Shown in pieces: positions 1-13,418 of a stretch of DNA of 64,000 bases. Position 1 is the first letter of the stretch, and every line of letters begins with the position of its first letter. The DNA is from Callorhinchus milii (lineage: Eukaryota), in the NCBI RefSeq assembly GCF_018977255.1, contig NW_024704742.1, positions 32,614,001 through 32,678,000 of the forward strand, given 5' to 3'. The position numbers and the translations under genes were made by a program. Under the pieces are notes generated by a model. The model was given only the letters and a program-made list of their open reading frames with translations, searched no databases and was not told the origin of the DNA.

Positions 1-3000
1 TTGTTGTTGTCTTGTATTATTATATCATTATTATCATTATTGCGAGTCTTATGCCAGACAGTAGATTGTCCAGCATTAAGGAGAGAATATATTTAGAATA
101 AAGAAACTCTCAACTAGCGCTATTTTCTTTCTCTAGAGTCAGATCATCCATAAATCACTTGTTATACAGAGGACATTAACTGATCATAGGTGTTGGATGA
201 AAGCTGATGGTATTTCGTGCAGGAAATGAGTTCATGGAAAGCTGTTAAACAAGTAGGAAAGAAGCAGAAAAAAAGCCCCCAAGTTCTTGTCCAAAACTGT
301 AGGTTGCAGTTGAGTGCAACCAAAATGGCAATTGAAGGAAAGAAAGGTTATTCAAACATAAACTCAATTCACTGAGCATTGAGGAAGGATATTTTATTGG
401 GACTCTAAAACAGCAATCAGTCACACGTAGTGGTATATTACCATCATGTTGCGTAAACACTTTACTATGTAAAAATGACTTTGTATTGCTTTTCATGTCA
501 TAATTTTTTGTGTAAATAAATATTTTTTGTGTTGATCTCTGATTGCTGCTTTATACATCCATCACTACCAAGAGATTGATTGCATGGGCCCAAGGTCCAC
601 AGACCTAATACTATGGAGCTGACAAGAAAGGCAACTGTCAATCAACCCTTGGGGAGACAGCTCTGGAAGGGCAGTGTGGAAAGAGAGCAGCACTGTGAAT
701 CTTGCGGCAAAAGAGGTTCCATCTCTTCCAAGATCACTTGTGAGCCTGTAACAGGTGAAGACAGAACCCTAAAACACATACTATAATGCTGGTGATCACC
801 AACATCCCAAGAATCAACCTTTATTACATTATCCAAGACTCTATCCCATATGAAAAGCGCTATATAAATGCAGTTGTTGTTGTACTTTAAGCACAGTAGG
901 TTACAAAGCGGTTCACATAAGATAATTTTGAAAGTATGAGAAGTATTTTGTTAGTATAAACTTTGTTTACTTTTTTAAATATATGTAGCAAATTTGCCAT
1001 GGGAATTTTGACTGTTTTTCTTTGGCAAGTCTGAGACAAAACAACTCAAGGGATGGCATTTATACAACCGTGATAATTATTGTCAACTAACCATTTTACT
1101 TAATATTGGAAACCAGTGATGCACAACAGAGCATCAAGTGTCCCTTCACTTCACACGGCTGCACTTGGCTCTTGAACATAATTCAAGCTGTCTTTGTGAT
1201 CGAGGAGAAACAGTACAATTCCAAAACACAGATAATGTTTCATGGGGCAGGCCAAGAATCTCTTCCATTTACTTACTTCACAGTGTGCCAAGTATTCTCC
1301 AGGGACTCATTCAAGGTGTAATAAACTGACCCGGCGCTTAAAAATTAACTGGTGCTGCCACAAAGCTCGACCGTCAAGATGTTCAGCCTTCATCTTTTAA
1401 TGAAACTTTTTTTTAAACCCCTGCAAATCGTGATGTCTGTCTTTGACTAAGTGTCCAGCTCCGTATCTGAACCAACCTCTCAGTCAGTATCACAAGAAAG
1501 GTTTGGTTGAAGAAGCCCCTTTGGTCTATTTGATCTCATCCTTCCAGAATACCCACCCCACTGCCCTCCCATCACAGTATGAACCTGTCTTATTGCTCTG
1601 GGTTTAATTCTTCAATCCCATTTATAATCTTGTACAACACTATATGGAACAAGCATTAGAGATTGGGAAACGTGACAGAAATGTCAGAAGCATGGGAAGG
1701 ATAATGGGAGAGAATGAAAATGCCGGGGTATAAAAGATAAGAATGGCGAAAATAGATGACAATGCAGGAAGAGAGAATAGACCCAGATACATATACCAGA
1801 AAATTGGAGGGGCAAAAGTGGTCACGACACAGAATAAAGGAGCAGACAGTATGACAATAAAAAGTTATGTGGCAGCTAATCTGTGATAACAACATCCTAT
1901 GTATAATAATGAATGGGCAGCCCATTGATTTGAATTTCTAGGGAAGATTTGGATGATGAGGGACTAAACCCAAGATAAACAGAAGGAAAAAAACACACTT
2001 TATTTAAAAAGCATAACCACACAAGGCACACAAGAAATTAATGGCTCAATCAGAAAAGTGATGATGATCTGGAACTAATCAACATGTGTTTGATATAGAA
2101 ATTAGATAAACACAAACGACAATCTACAATAAATTTACAATTTATGAGGCAAAGAACAGTAGGGTGTCAGTCAACTTGGAATATAGGATCGAGAGGAAGA
2201 GGGACGAGAGTAAAATTCCTCTTAATTCCACTCTGACATTTTTTTACAGTTACTAAATAACTCCAGAGGGACTCTCGAACTGCAGACTCTATATGTGAAG
2301 AACAGCACTGAATTTTCAACTACTACTTTATCTTGCTTCACACAACATGCTATACAGATCAGTCATGTGCCGCCCACAGTCTGCGGATACTCCCTATTCC
2401 GAAACTTCAATTAAAGCAAGACAAGAAGTGAACTCTTTCCCCCACAGATGGGAAACTGTCACTTGTTGTCAGAAAGACCATTTACGCATTTCCACAGGCA
2501 AAACTGATCAGAGCCAATGCGAGACTGATTCAAATGACAGCATGGAAACCGGACAACTGGCGTGTTACTTACTGTAAGGCACTGGAGGCTGGGAACGTTC
2601 ATGTTCAACAAACGTTATTGCTCATAAATAAAGTGCTAAGTGGCGAAACAGAGGGAAAAAATACATCATGCATTCTAACAATAATCTTTGCATTTACTCC
2701 TGTGTTAAAAATATGGGGAAAGAGATTTATCCCAGTTTATGCACTTAACAAAACATTTATACTATTTTATTGGTTGTCTCAAGATTTGTTACTTCACTCT
2801 AATTCACAATTGTCATACAATATAGATTTTAGCTATATGTTAAAATCTAAATGATTTAAGCACACAATTGGCCTCTTTAGTATACGTCCCTTTAATACGT
2901 TAAGAAAACTAGGCGATTTGAACTTCAACAGAATGTTTGGGTTGTGGTTCACATTTAATATTATTTTAAAAGAAAAGGAAATGTTTGTTGTGAAGCGGTT

Positions 3001-3695
3001 AGATAATTGCAGTGACATGACCTTTCCCATGGTGCTGTCCAAATGATGACATCCTCGTAAATAAAAGCGAACATAGAATGATATTTCCACTGGGAAAGGC
3101 AGAACGCTTGGAGCAGTGGACTTCATTACAAGGTCCAGCAGTCTTTTACTGCTCCTGTTCCACATCAGTTGCGGACCACCACAGAATCATAGAAAGTTTA
3201 TAACCACAGTAGGAGGGTATTCAGCTGGTGTTAGCCTCCCCACTGAAGCGAACTACTCCAATCCTACACCCCTTTTCTTTTCACAAACCTTTTAATATTT
3301 TTCCAACATTTCCTGCTCCGAGTGCCTCTCTCTGGTCTGCATTCACAGCCAGGCTGTCTGGGGGTTATTTTCGACTTAGCTGGGAGCCAGTGCTGTCCTC
3401 TCTCCTTGTTGCGCTCTCCAACAAAGGCAAATTATGGTAGTAAGAGCCATCTTATGAAAGTTAAAGGTCCCAACACAATTTAAACCATTTAATAGAACAA
3501 ATGGTTCTGTGTTTTTTTTTAAAAAACTCCTCCTGTGGAAAAGTGCCTGGCTGTAATTTGGCAACCACTTTACTCAAAGTGGGAAACATTGAGCTCAAGA
3601 GCTCACTGTGAGAGGAATCGCAATGTGGTTTCACATCTGGTCACTTTGTGGTCGGTCCAATGTGTTGCACAACTCCAAAGAGCAGCTGTCAAGCA

Positions 3696-4645
3696 ACAAT
3701 AACAACAACAACAACAACAAGATTCCATTTATAAAGCGTCTTTCACATCAGGAGGACGTCCCAAGGCGCTGCACAGTTGGGTCATGACCCGAGCAGGGGG
3801 GAAATGGTCAGGGTGAGGGGAGGGAAGGGAGGGATCGAGGAGGGGGTAGAGAGTCGAGAGGGGAGCTGAAGGCTCGGTCAAAGAGAAAGGTTTTGAGACC
3901 GGCCTTGAAGGAGGAAAGGGAGGAGGCGGCGAAGGCACTGGGGGATAGAGTTCCAGAGCCTAAGGGCTGAGAGGCTGAAGGCCCGACCACCGATGGTAGG
4001 GCGGTTGGGACGGGGGATGTGGAGCAGACCGGAGCCAGAGGAACGGAGGGTACAGGCAGGTAGGTAGGGGGAGAGTAGGTTGGAGAGGTAGGAGGGAGCA
4101 AGGCCGTGAATGGCCTTGTAGGTGAGGATGAGGATCTTGAAATCAATCCTCTGGGGGATGGGGAGCCAGTGGAGGCGAGCGAGGGTGGGAGTGATGTGGT
4201 CCCGAAGCCTGGTGCGGGACAGTACACGAGCTGCAGAGTTCTGAATGACCTGCAGCTTGTGGAGGGAGGTGGCGGGAAGGCCGACGAGGAGAGAGTTCCC
4301 ATAGTCCAGCCTTGAGGTGACAAAGGCGTGGACCAGAGTTACAGCCGCGTGAGGGGTGAGGTAATGCCGTAATCTGGCGATGTTCCGGAGGTGATGGAAG
4401 GCGGTGCCAGTTGTGAGGGAGAAAGGACAGCTCAGGGTCGAACAAAACGCCGAGGTTCCTGACTGGCTTTGAGAGGTGGAGAGTGCAGCCTTGGATGCTG
4501 ATGGTGTCAGCGCCTGAGGTGCGGAGGCGCTGACGTGAGCCAATCAGGAGGGCCTCGGTTTTTCACACGTTGAGCTGAAGAAAGTTGTCTCTCGTCCAGG
4601 ACTCGATGTCGGACAGGCAGGCTGTCAGGTCATCGGTGGTCGTAA
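3696..4645 (-). mobile_element. L2 LINE 3' fragment (C-terminal ORF2, 3' UTR, (TTG)n tail)
   Basis: ORF 3878-4543 HLRNIARLR...LVHAFVTSRLDYGNSLL...LHWLPI..RIDFKIL is typical of L2 ORF2; terminal stem-loop and microsatellite tail. Confidence 0.93.
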
Positions 4646-6002
4646 AGCAGGGCATTAGCTGAGATTGTGTCTCTCAACACAACTAAGAAGCCAACACCAC
4701 GCTGAGAAATGCACAAGAGTAGCTCAGGGCATTTCGCCCTTGGCTTTTCCTCTCCATCCTGGAAAGAACCTGGCCTCCATTCCTCTCTCCCATTAATATG
4801 TCTCTTTGTGGCAATGCCTCCATACTGGGGATGGGCAGTGTGTGCTGCAGGGGTGCTTTAGGTAGTTAATGAGGGAGAAAGAGGACATGTTTGAAAAAAA
4901 TATCCAATTCCTGCAATCATCCTCTGAGACAGGAGCTGGAGATTCCAGTGAATAACCATGGCACGAGCAATCTTGATTTGTGAGTTGTCTGACCACATAC
5001 ACCTGCTTGCAAATAAATAAATATCTATGACAACATAAAACCAGTCAAACAGATGTTAAGACTTTGCTTTACAGAATACAACAGATGCAAGCCTCAGTAG
5101 CCCATTCTTGATTATCCCTCAAACAGGCAAAGCTCCTCTATATTTATGCACTTTTGGGGATAGGAGTGAAAGAGAAAGAAAAATTCCTTTTATATCCTTC
5201 AGGCCTTATAATTTATCATGTTTTAAAATGATGGCATTCAGGAAGTGTTACCATTTATATTGAAATAAGTCTCTTGTATTATTTCCACTAGTATAAGACA
5301 ATAAAGACAAGTGAAGAAAATAGCTTTGCGAGCTAGAGACCCAATGTAAATTGTATTAATTCACAACCAGACAAAAGCAGCAACTGTAAATCAAAAGCAG
5401 CTTTGCAATAGCCATTTAGGCACTTCCCCAAATCATGTCTAAACTGGATGCAGGGCCTACCTTAGCATCAACAGTGGCACTTATGAAATTGCAGAGGGGA
5501 AGAAAACACGCAATATAACTGGAATGTACTTGGAAGCACCACAAACCACTGAATAAAACACACTCACAATAATTAGAAAAAATATTACAATAATAAATAA
5601 TATTGAAAGACAGCACAATGACTAGGTGCAGTGAAGGTGCACTGTGATCATGCGTGGTTATGAATTAAATCAAAATGAAAATTAAATCAGCAAACAATCA
5701 TGGACACAGATTCCATCCCAGGATTTTTCCCATCACTAGGATCCCCATCTTAAGTGGTGCATGAAAGGGAGAATAAAACTAAGTGTTCTCCCATCCTTTC
5801 TTTGCTCCACTTCACCCATTACCAGAACCACTACCATTGCAGAGAAGATCACTGATTTGGGATGCTCTTGAAGAATGGTTTGAGATTGGTATTAAAGTGT
5901 CACTCTGACCAATCGCATGAAGCAGGCTAGCAAGACTGGAACGAGAGAGAAGACATGGAAAATGCAAAATAAATTTTAGAAATTGTTCTACATTTGTAAG
6001 TC

Positions 6003-6348
6003 AGCATGGTTCAGTTGGTAGCACTCTTGCCTCTGAGCCAGAAGGTTGTGGGTTCAAACCCACTGCACCTCAGTCCTGGGGGACAGGAGTCTGCCTATCC
6101 AGGTGGACCTTCAAGATCCCATGACACTATTCAAAAAGAGAAGGGAATTTATCCTGGTGTCCTGGCCAATACCTCAAGCTACTCCATGGCTATTTGAGGA
6201 ACATTACTGTACTCAAATTCGCTGCCACATTCATCCACAAAATATACACCGTCACACCACATTGCAGTATATTCTGGGGGGTGCTTTGCAATGTCTCAAT
6301 GATGGGAAAAGACACTATATCAAATGCAAGGATAATTATTATTATTCA
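6003..6348 (+). mobile_element. Deu-domain tRNA-SINE (SacSINE1/AmnSINE1-like)
   Basis: Head gttggtagcactcttgcctctgag..ggttgtgggttcaa; Deu core gatcccatgacactattc...ggtgtcctggccaa; L2-like tail. Confidence 0.75.
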
Positions 6349-8714
6349 TTTTGGGGCAAAACAACGATCAGTCTTTTAAAAGGTTGCAGCAAGTGTGCTC
6401 CTTACAATAATATATTAACCTATCATAGCCTTGAAAATAATTAATTGAAATGGCACTGAGAATCAGGCAAGTCTTTTTATAATAAAATATTGAGCCATCT
6501 CCTTCCCTTCTCTAGACTTTCCATTTTATGCACTCTTCCATGTCAAGAGGAAATCAGCCCCTAGACATCTGCCAGCCTCGGATATACAGAAACTAGCTAT
6601 GAGGAGGAGAGAACTCTCCAGCCATCAATCCATTACTGAGTTTGGGTAAGGACTTTTAGGGGAAAACAGCGACCTAGGATTCTATGGGTAAACCATTATG
6701 CTGCCCTTCAGGCTACTCAGATAAGACAGCTGTCAATACCCATTGACCTATGTCACCATAAGTTACTACCTTTAGGAAACGAGGGCAAGAGTAAGAGATG
6801 AAAATCCGAGAGAAGCAGAGCCATTGAACAAAAGCACCTCTATGTGAACGTAACACAAGAGTTAATTAAGTACTCAAATCTTATAATGCTTCCTTTTAAG
6901 ACAGTATAAAACAATTTTGCAGGTATGGAAGAACCACCATAATCTTCAGTCCCGTAAAGCAGTGATGACTAGTTACTGCTAGGTTACACTGATGCAGCGC
7001 AGGGCTACTAAGGTTACATGTTGAACTCTAAATCACCAGCCTGTCACACCTTATTCTGATGGTAATTAAGATAAAAACAACAAAACTGACTGAAAGGGAA
7101 AATGTTCCAATCCAACTTTGACCTAAAGTATGCATCATAACCTAAAGCAAATTGGTCTAGGCTAAGCACTTCATTATCCAAGGTAATTATGTCGTTTGCA
7201 AGCTTTAGATGCTGGAGCCCCTGTATTTTAACATCAAACTTTCACACACAAATAAATGTAACAGTAGCTACTTTGGGTTATATTTACATTTGCACAACAC
7301 TAAGCAAGGCTTTATTTTACTTCAAAGAAATGAGCAATGTTAAAATAATTTGCCGTTCTAATGAGACACATTTTCGCTTTAGTGTCACTTGCCAAAAAAA
7401 TACCCACAACTTTTTCATTCAAGCTTTATATCCAGAAGCATAGCTAACACTCTCTACTTAGTTACTGTATGTATGCACCAACTTCATGATAATTTAATAA
7501 GTTTTATTTGGGGCATCCAAACGCGAACATTTTTTAAAATCAACATTATTTAGCTTCTAATGTTTGATAACAAAAATCCACTAATCATAACCAAATCCAA
7601 CTATGTGCCGTACATGAAGCAGAACATTGTCCTTCAAACAAAGTCTGAATAGGATGTACATTAAGTGTGCCAAATCTAATTTTGAAAAATGCTTTATTTA
7701 ATACAAAAATTGTGCTTAGCCATGAAACCAAAACATATTTAACCCTGTGATTCAATGGTGGAATAGATTAAAGGGTCTTGAATGAAGAAAAATTTCATTG
7801 CTAACATTTGTGCTTGATCACTCAGCCCTGCATGGTTTTTACAGTGAAAATTGTACTGTTTTGCTTTAGTCTGATTAAAATTGGAAGTCTTTTGAGTGCC
7901 TGCACTGTTTTCCAAGTGAAAATTCCAAGTGAGTCTTTTTCTAGATGCTCTTCGCAAATAAATACTTGAAAATTGATTCAGAACTAAGATTGCCCGGGCA
8001 ACTAATTTTTAAGTAATACAGGGCTGCCTGTCTGAATAGGAAGATATAAGTGTTGCATCACTTTGTACAGCAGAATCAACTCATGTTAAGAATAACATTG
8101 TCATGGGAATTCAGAAAACTGTCCATGTTCATTGAAAAGGGAAACAATTTTCACTGTAAACAAAAAAGTCTTCAAGGCCAGTTACTGGGATTGCACAGCA
8201 TATCCCCAAATAGTTTATTTAATTTTTCAGCTCTGCAAATCGAGAGATCTGAAGATCGCGTTGGATTGGACCATGCGGTGGAGCAGCACTCTGGATGTCC
8301 AATCTGTCAAGGAAAGATTGTGAGCGCTTCCCACATAGTGTTGGGTTTCTAATTTAATTTAAGTTGTCAAGCGAAGGCATAGTAGCGGCAAGGAGGGTCC
8401 TCTGAGAAGGAAGAGGAAACGTTTGGAGGGCAGGTCACCATGGGTTATGTATGTCGCTTCAATCTCTCAGCATCCAGTCAGAATGGATTGCCAATGGGGG
8501 CGGCTGGCTGTCTGCCCTCTCATGTCTGGGTATCATGTGGGAAAGACCACACTTGAGCAAATACAAATTAAACACTTTCCTAATAGTAAGCAAACCAAAT
8601 GATGCTAACCCTAGCCATTAAGTATCAAAAGTTGCTGTAGTCATATTTACGCTTAGAATTATTAAAAATAATCTTTCATTTAATTTGTTTATTTTACTAA
8701 CATTTCAGATGTGG

Positions 8715-9115
8715 GATGAATAGAAATAGCACTCTCGCCTCGGAGTAAGAAGTCTGTGGCTTGAAGGCCCACGACTAAGATAACACTCCAATATAGTGCT
8801 GGGGAGTGTAGCATTGTTGGAGGTGCCATTCTGCAGAACAGATATTAAACCGAGATCCATCTGCCTGTTCAGATCCCATGGGACTATTTGAAAAGAGAAG
8901 GAAGTTTCTACCGATGTCCTGGTCAACAATCAATACCCAAAAAATTGTCACTCACTTGTGGGACACTACTGTGCACAATTGGCTGTCACATGTTGTCTAT
9001 AAAATACAATCAATCCACTGAACAGTATATCCTGTGAAGCGCTTTGAGACATCTCAATGACGTGACAAGGCACTATTTCAAATGCAACGATTATTATAAA
9101 ATATTATTATTACTA
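8715..9115 (+). mobile_element. Deu-domain SINE
   Basis: Same head, Deu core and tail layout as 6003-6348. Confidence 0.75.
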
Positions 9116-9149
9116 CTACAACAATTTCCCCCAAAGTATTTCCCCAAAG

Positions 9150-9845
9150 TATTAGATCAGTGGTTAGAGCACTCGCCTCGCAAGCGAGAGACCCGAGTTC
9201 GATTCCCAGCAGGGCGAAATGTTGGGCAAGTTTCCTTACTCCACACACCTCTGTTTACCTAGCAGTAAGTAATAACCCGGTTGTTAGTCGATTGGCGGAT
9301 CGCTTTTTCGGGGATAATAATCCTTAAAAAAAAATTGAGCACTCAATCCACAACTGTGGATAATAATAATAATAGAATCCTTGCATTTGATATAATGCCT
9401 TATCACGTCTTCGAGACGTCTCAAAGCGCTTCATAGAATAGACAGTAAAGTGAATTGACTGTATATTTTGTGGACGAAATGTGGCAGCCAATTGCACACA
9501 ACAGTGTCCCACAAATAGTAGTGGATTGAAGTGACCAACTTATTATTATTATTTTGAGGGAATTATTATCCCCGGAAAAGCGATCCACCAATCCTCTAAC
9601 AACCCTGTTCCTACTTACTACTAGGTAAACAGAGACGTGTGGAGTAAGTAAACTTGCCCGACATTCTGCCCTGCCGGGAATCGAAGCCAGGTCCCTCGCT
9701 AGTGAGACGAACGCTCTCCCACTCAGTTACAGGACTCCACAAATAAACAGTCAATTCACTTTACAATATATTCTGTGAAGTGTTTGAGACATCTAGAAGA
9801 TGTGAAAAGTGCTATATCAATTGCAAGAATTGTTATTATTATTAT
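9150..9845 (+). mobile_element. tRNA(Ala)-like-head SINE split by an antisense copy
   Basis: Head and body at 9150-9360, tail at 9740-9845. Confidence 0.8.
9361..9740 (-). mobile_element. Full-length tRNA(Ala)-like-head SINE
   Basis: tgtggagtcctgta.. head, A/B boxes, body, L2-like tail and (TTA)n. Confidence 0.88.
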
Positions 9846-11289
9846 CTCACTTATCTAGCTGTAAGCTCTCCTGGTTAACAAGAGGAAGCAATGCACTCTG
9901 TTGGAAGACACGGAATAATAGTCAGATTGAAATTTAACAATTTTACTTTATAGATGTAAAGCATTCATGTAGTCAGGAGGTTCGGAGTACAAGGGGAGAC
10001 CCAAGAGAGGAGCTCAGTGATCATCTCATTTCAGAAGCACAAGTGACATTTACCAAATGAATTCCACACCACGGAAATAGTCATGATCGGTATAAGAACT
10101 TCAGGAGAATTAAGTTGCTGGAAACTATTTTAGATCAGGTTTGACATTCGTCCTTCTCACGTGTTTATATTAGCTGAGACAAGAGATTTGTAAATCTCTG
10201 CACTCCCAATCTTTAATCTCCTTACAGTATAGCTGCTGAGCCCACAGCCGCCACAGACAGCTATGTGAGTGGAACGTAAAAGAACATTTCCTTGCTGTTC
10301 TTTTTTTTAAATACAGTTTCACGATGTGGCTCTGTACTAAACTGAAGAGTAATTTCCTGCTCATTACCATTTACTTTGGCTGACACACACATCAGAGTCA
10401 ATAGCAAAGAAACAAACGCTCCCCTGCAATTGACTGCTATCAAATGTGTGTCTTTGACCCTGCAGGATTCTTTCCATCACATAGATGGATGTGATGGGAG
10501 GGGGAGGTGTCATCATTTAACTGGGTTTGGGATTTCTTGCTGGGATTTCTAATGCTCATTCCGGTAACACAGTTTAGATGCTTAATTGTTTCCATGCAGC
10601 TCAGCTCTTGCAAAGACAAGATTTACTGAAAAGACCATTTGTCAGCTCAGTACTCGTACAGATCAGCTGTTAAATCTCCTTGGCCCCCTTGATGGCTACC
10701 ATATTGCAACCCAAACCAATCATCGTTTAAATTGTTTAGGGTACAGGATTGCCCGTCACCACACACAGTGTGGAACTGCAGAAGGAAGCTGAACCTGTAG
10801 GCAGGATCTGGTATTAGATGGGATCACGGCCTTGAGCAAGAGGTTGGGGGAAGACGGCAAGGTGGGGGGGAGGGGAAGAAACCGGTTTCTCATGCTCTAA
10901 CAAATACCAGCAACATTTCTATCAGTGGAATCCAACAGCAGCAATAAAATATCTGGTGAGGTCAATGAATTAACTGGCCACCTTACAGCTACTTCTCCTC
11001 AGGGTCTGTGACTGGCTGAGTTATGCAGCAAACATGCGTGTACAATTAAATCAAAGCTGCCTCCAAACACGCAACACCAGTAAGACCTTTTCATCAAAAA
11101 AAATCCGACATTTTGGATCAAGTAAATTGCATAAGGTAATGTGAGATAAATTAACTATAATTAATTTAAGAAACTTATTCCTCACTCAGTTTTAAAAAAA
11201 AGTGTTTTTCTGGGAGGCTTTGAGCATCTTTAAAATTCATATTTCTTTTTGGGTTCTTATGCAAAACACTACAATATCGCCTGAGAAAG

Positions 11290-11680
11290 AGGGCCCAAGA
11301 GATTATTCAGAACTCTGCAACTCGTGTCCTCTCCCGCATCAAGCTTCCGCGAACCGATCAACCCCATCCCTGCCTGGCTTCACTGGCTCCCCATCCCTCA
11401 GATAATCGAGATCAAAAGCCTCGTTCTCATCTTCAGAGCCCTCCATGGTCTTGCTCCCCCCTACCTCTGAGACCTCCTAATCCCATATCAGCCTGCTCCA
11501 GGTCCCCCGTACTTCACGCCCCACTAGTGGCGGTCGGGCATTCAGCATCTCTTTCCCTCCCATTCTGGAACTCTATCCCACAATCCCTCCGCCTCACTGT
11601 CTCTCTTGCCTCCTTCAAATCCCTTCCTCTTTCACAGTGCCTTCAGCTAGCCTCAAGCCCCCAACCCTCTCTCTCTCTCT
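11290..11680 (+). mobile_element. Degenerate L2 fragment
   Basis: cagaactctgca...cactggctccccatccctcag similar to the other L2 copies in the window. Confidence 0.75.
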
Positions 11681-12130
11681 TCTTCTCTTGTGCCTGGCTT
11701 ACCTACAATCTACTGAGACAACATCACCTATGAAGCAGTGCTGTACTGAAGGTAATCTGTACAAGCACACGGTTAGGAATTTAAATCACACTTTGGGCAA
11801 AGCTTATGGCACACAGATACACATCAGGGATATAATTGTTCCAAACAAAATGAAAATAAATTTTTTCATTGAAATTCATAATTGAGATTTTGAACGTTGT
11901 CAGTAAATGTGCAAGAACAGGTCCAAGAGGATCTGATCAATAAAGCGGAAAGAACCTTGCAGCATTAAGATGATGAATCACAGTTATTGAAGAGGTTACA
12001 AGTGGCAGAGGTCAACAGTGGTGCAACTTGACCTGGTTACAGGAGGTCCCCTGGGAAAAGGTATGTGAATTGTGAGGGCAGAGGGCTCAAACACCGCCAG
12101 GGTGAAAGGGGAAACTAAGATTGTTGTTAC

Positions 12131-12224
12131 CTTCAGTGGGATTGACAGCTACCGGCAGGCTGCTCCAGTCCAAGCTCCATGAGGGACATGGGTGTGGAGT
12201 GAACTTCGCTGAAATCCCATTCTC
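12131..12224 (-). CDS. GSTCD: GSTCD coding exon 4 (ENGISAKFTPHPCPSWSLDWSSLPVAVNPTEG); downstream methyltransferase-like exons not found in the window
   Basis: 94 nt, aaacag| acceptor, AAG|gtaaca donor. PHPCP.W.LDW..LP.AV.P.EG motif. Confidence 0.92.
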
Positions 12225-12436
12225 CTGTTTTAGATTGAAGAACTTAATTAGTTTTTCCTCTGACCCAGGGATTTCACTTTTCATTTTCGTTGCCTCCGTT
12301 AGACCTTGTAGTTACAGATCCCTCTGGGAAAGTGCTAAAACATCATCTCAATTCAATTGGGGGTTGCAAATCCAATCGCAGCATTCCTGCTAGTAACACT
12401 GTTTAAATTAGGTTCTCTCATCAATACAAGGTGAAT

Positions 12437-12690
12437 TGAGTCCTGTAGAGTAGTTGTTAGAGCACTCGCCTCGCAAGCGAGAGGACTCGGGTTCAATTCC
12501 TGGGCAGGCCGAAAACATAGGCGGTTTCCTTACTCCACACGCCTCTGATTACCAGCAGTAAGTAGGAACCCAGTTGTTCGTCGATTGGCAGATTGCTGTT
12601 CTGGGCGTAATACTTCCTTCAAACTTTTTTTTAAACATAATAATTTAGTCGCTCAATCCACGATTGCTTGTGGGACACTGCTGTGCTTGA
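12437..12690 (+). mobile_element. tRNA-head SINE, 3'-truncated
   Basis: gagtcctgtag..ttagagcactcgcctcgcaagcgag..ggttcaattcc. Confidence 0.82.
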
Positions 12691-13054
12691 AACCTCAAGA
12701 GGCTGCTGAGAAAGCTAAGGAGGGAGCCACCACAGCAGAGATTGGTAAGTGTCTTCCTAATTCGTTTGCACATTGCATCAAAATCAACTTGGTGTAACCA
12801 AATCAAAGAGTACAGAATCTGTATCAAATTAATTATTTCATACAGTAGCATCTGTCTAATATAAATGCTTTTTGGGTGTGTCTGATGTGGTTCTGCAAGT
12901 GGTGAGGGACGCTCTGAATTTAATGCGTCGAGTCTCACCGCAGACAAACTTGAAGCGTCTAGAGTAGAAATCAAAACAGAGACACAATCTTCACCCAGAA
13001 ATAGGAATACACAGCGCAAGTAGCACTACTGGAGGCACCCACCCAAAACACATT

Positions 13055-13418
13055 TAATAATAATAATAGTATTATTGCGTTTCATATAGTGCCTTATTAC
13101 GTCTTCGAGACGTCTCAAAGCGCTTCACAGAATACACTATAAAGAATTTTGTGAGCGATATGCGGCAGTCAATTGCGCACAGCAGTGTCCCACAAACAAT
13201 CATGGATTGAGTGACCAAATTATTATTATTATTTTTCTGAAGGGATTATTACCCCTGGAAGGTGATCCAACAATTGATTAACAACCAGGTTCCTACTTAC
13301 TGCTAGGTAAACAGAAAAGTGTGGAGTAAGGAAACTTGCCTACAGTTTCGCCCTGCCTGGGAATCGAACACGGTTCTTCTTGCTTGTGAGGCGAGTGCTG
13401 TAACCATACGCTACAGGT
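13055..13418 (-). mobile_element. tRNA-head SINE, full length
   Basis: Same family, reverse orientation. Confidence 0.85.

Noticed and set aside
3878..4543. 221-aa ORF as a host gene
   Set aside because: C-terminal part of L2 ORF2, frameshifted at both ends
1..12130. Further GSTCD exons (methyltransferase-like domain, RKQQQLNNL / VDFCSGG motifs)
   Set aside because: No matching peptide found; presumed beyond the left edge of the window
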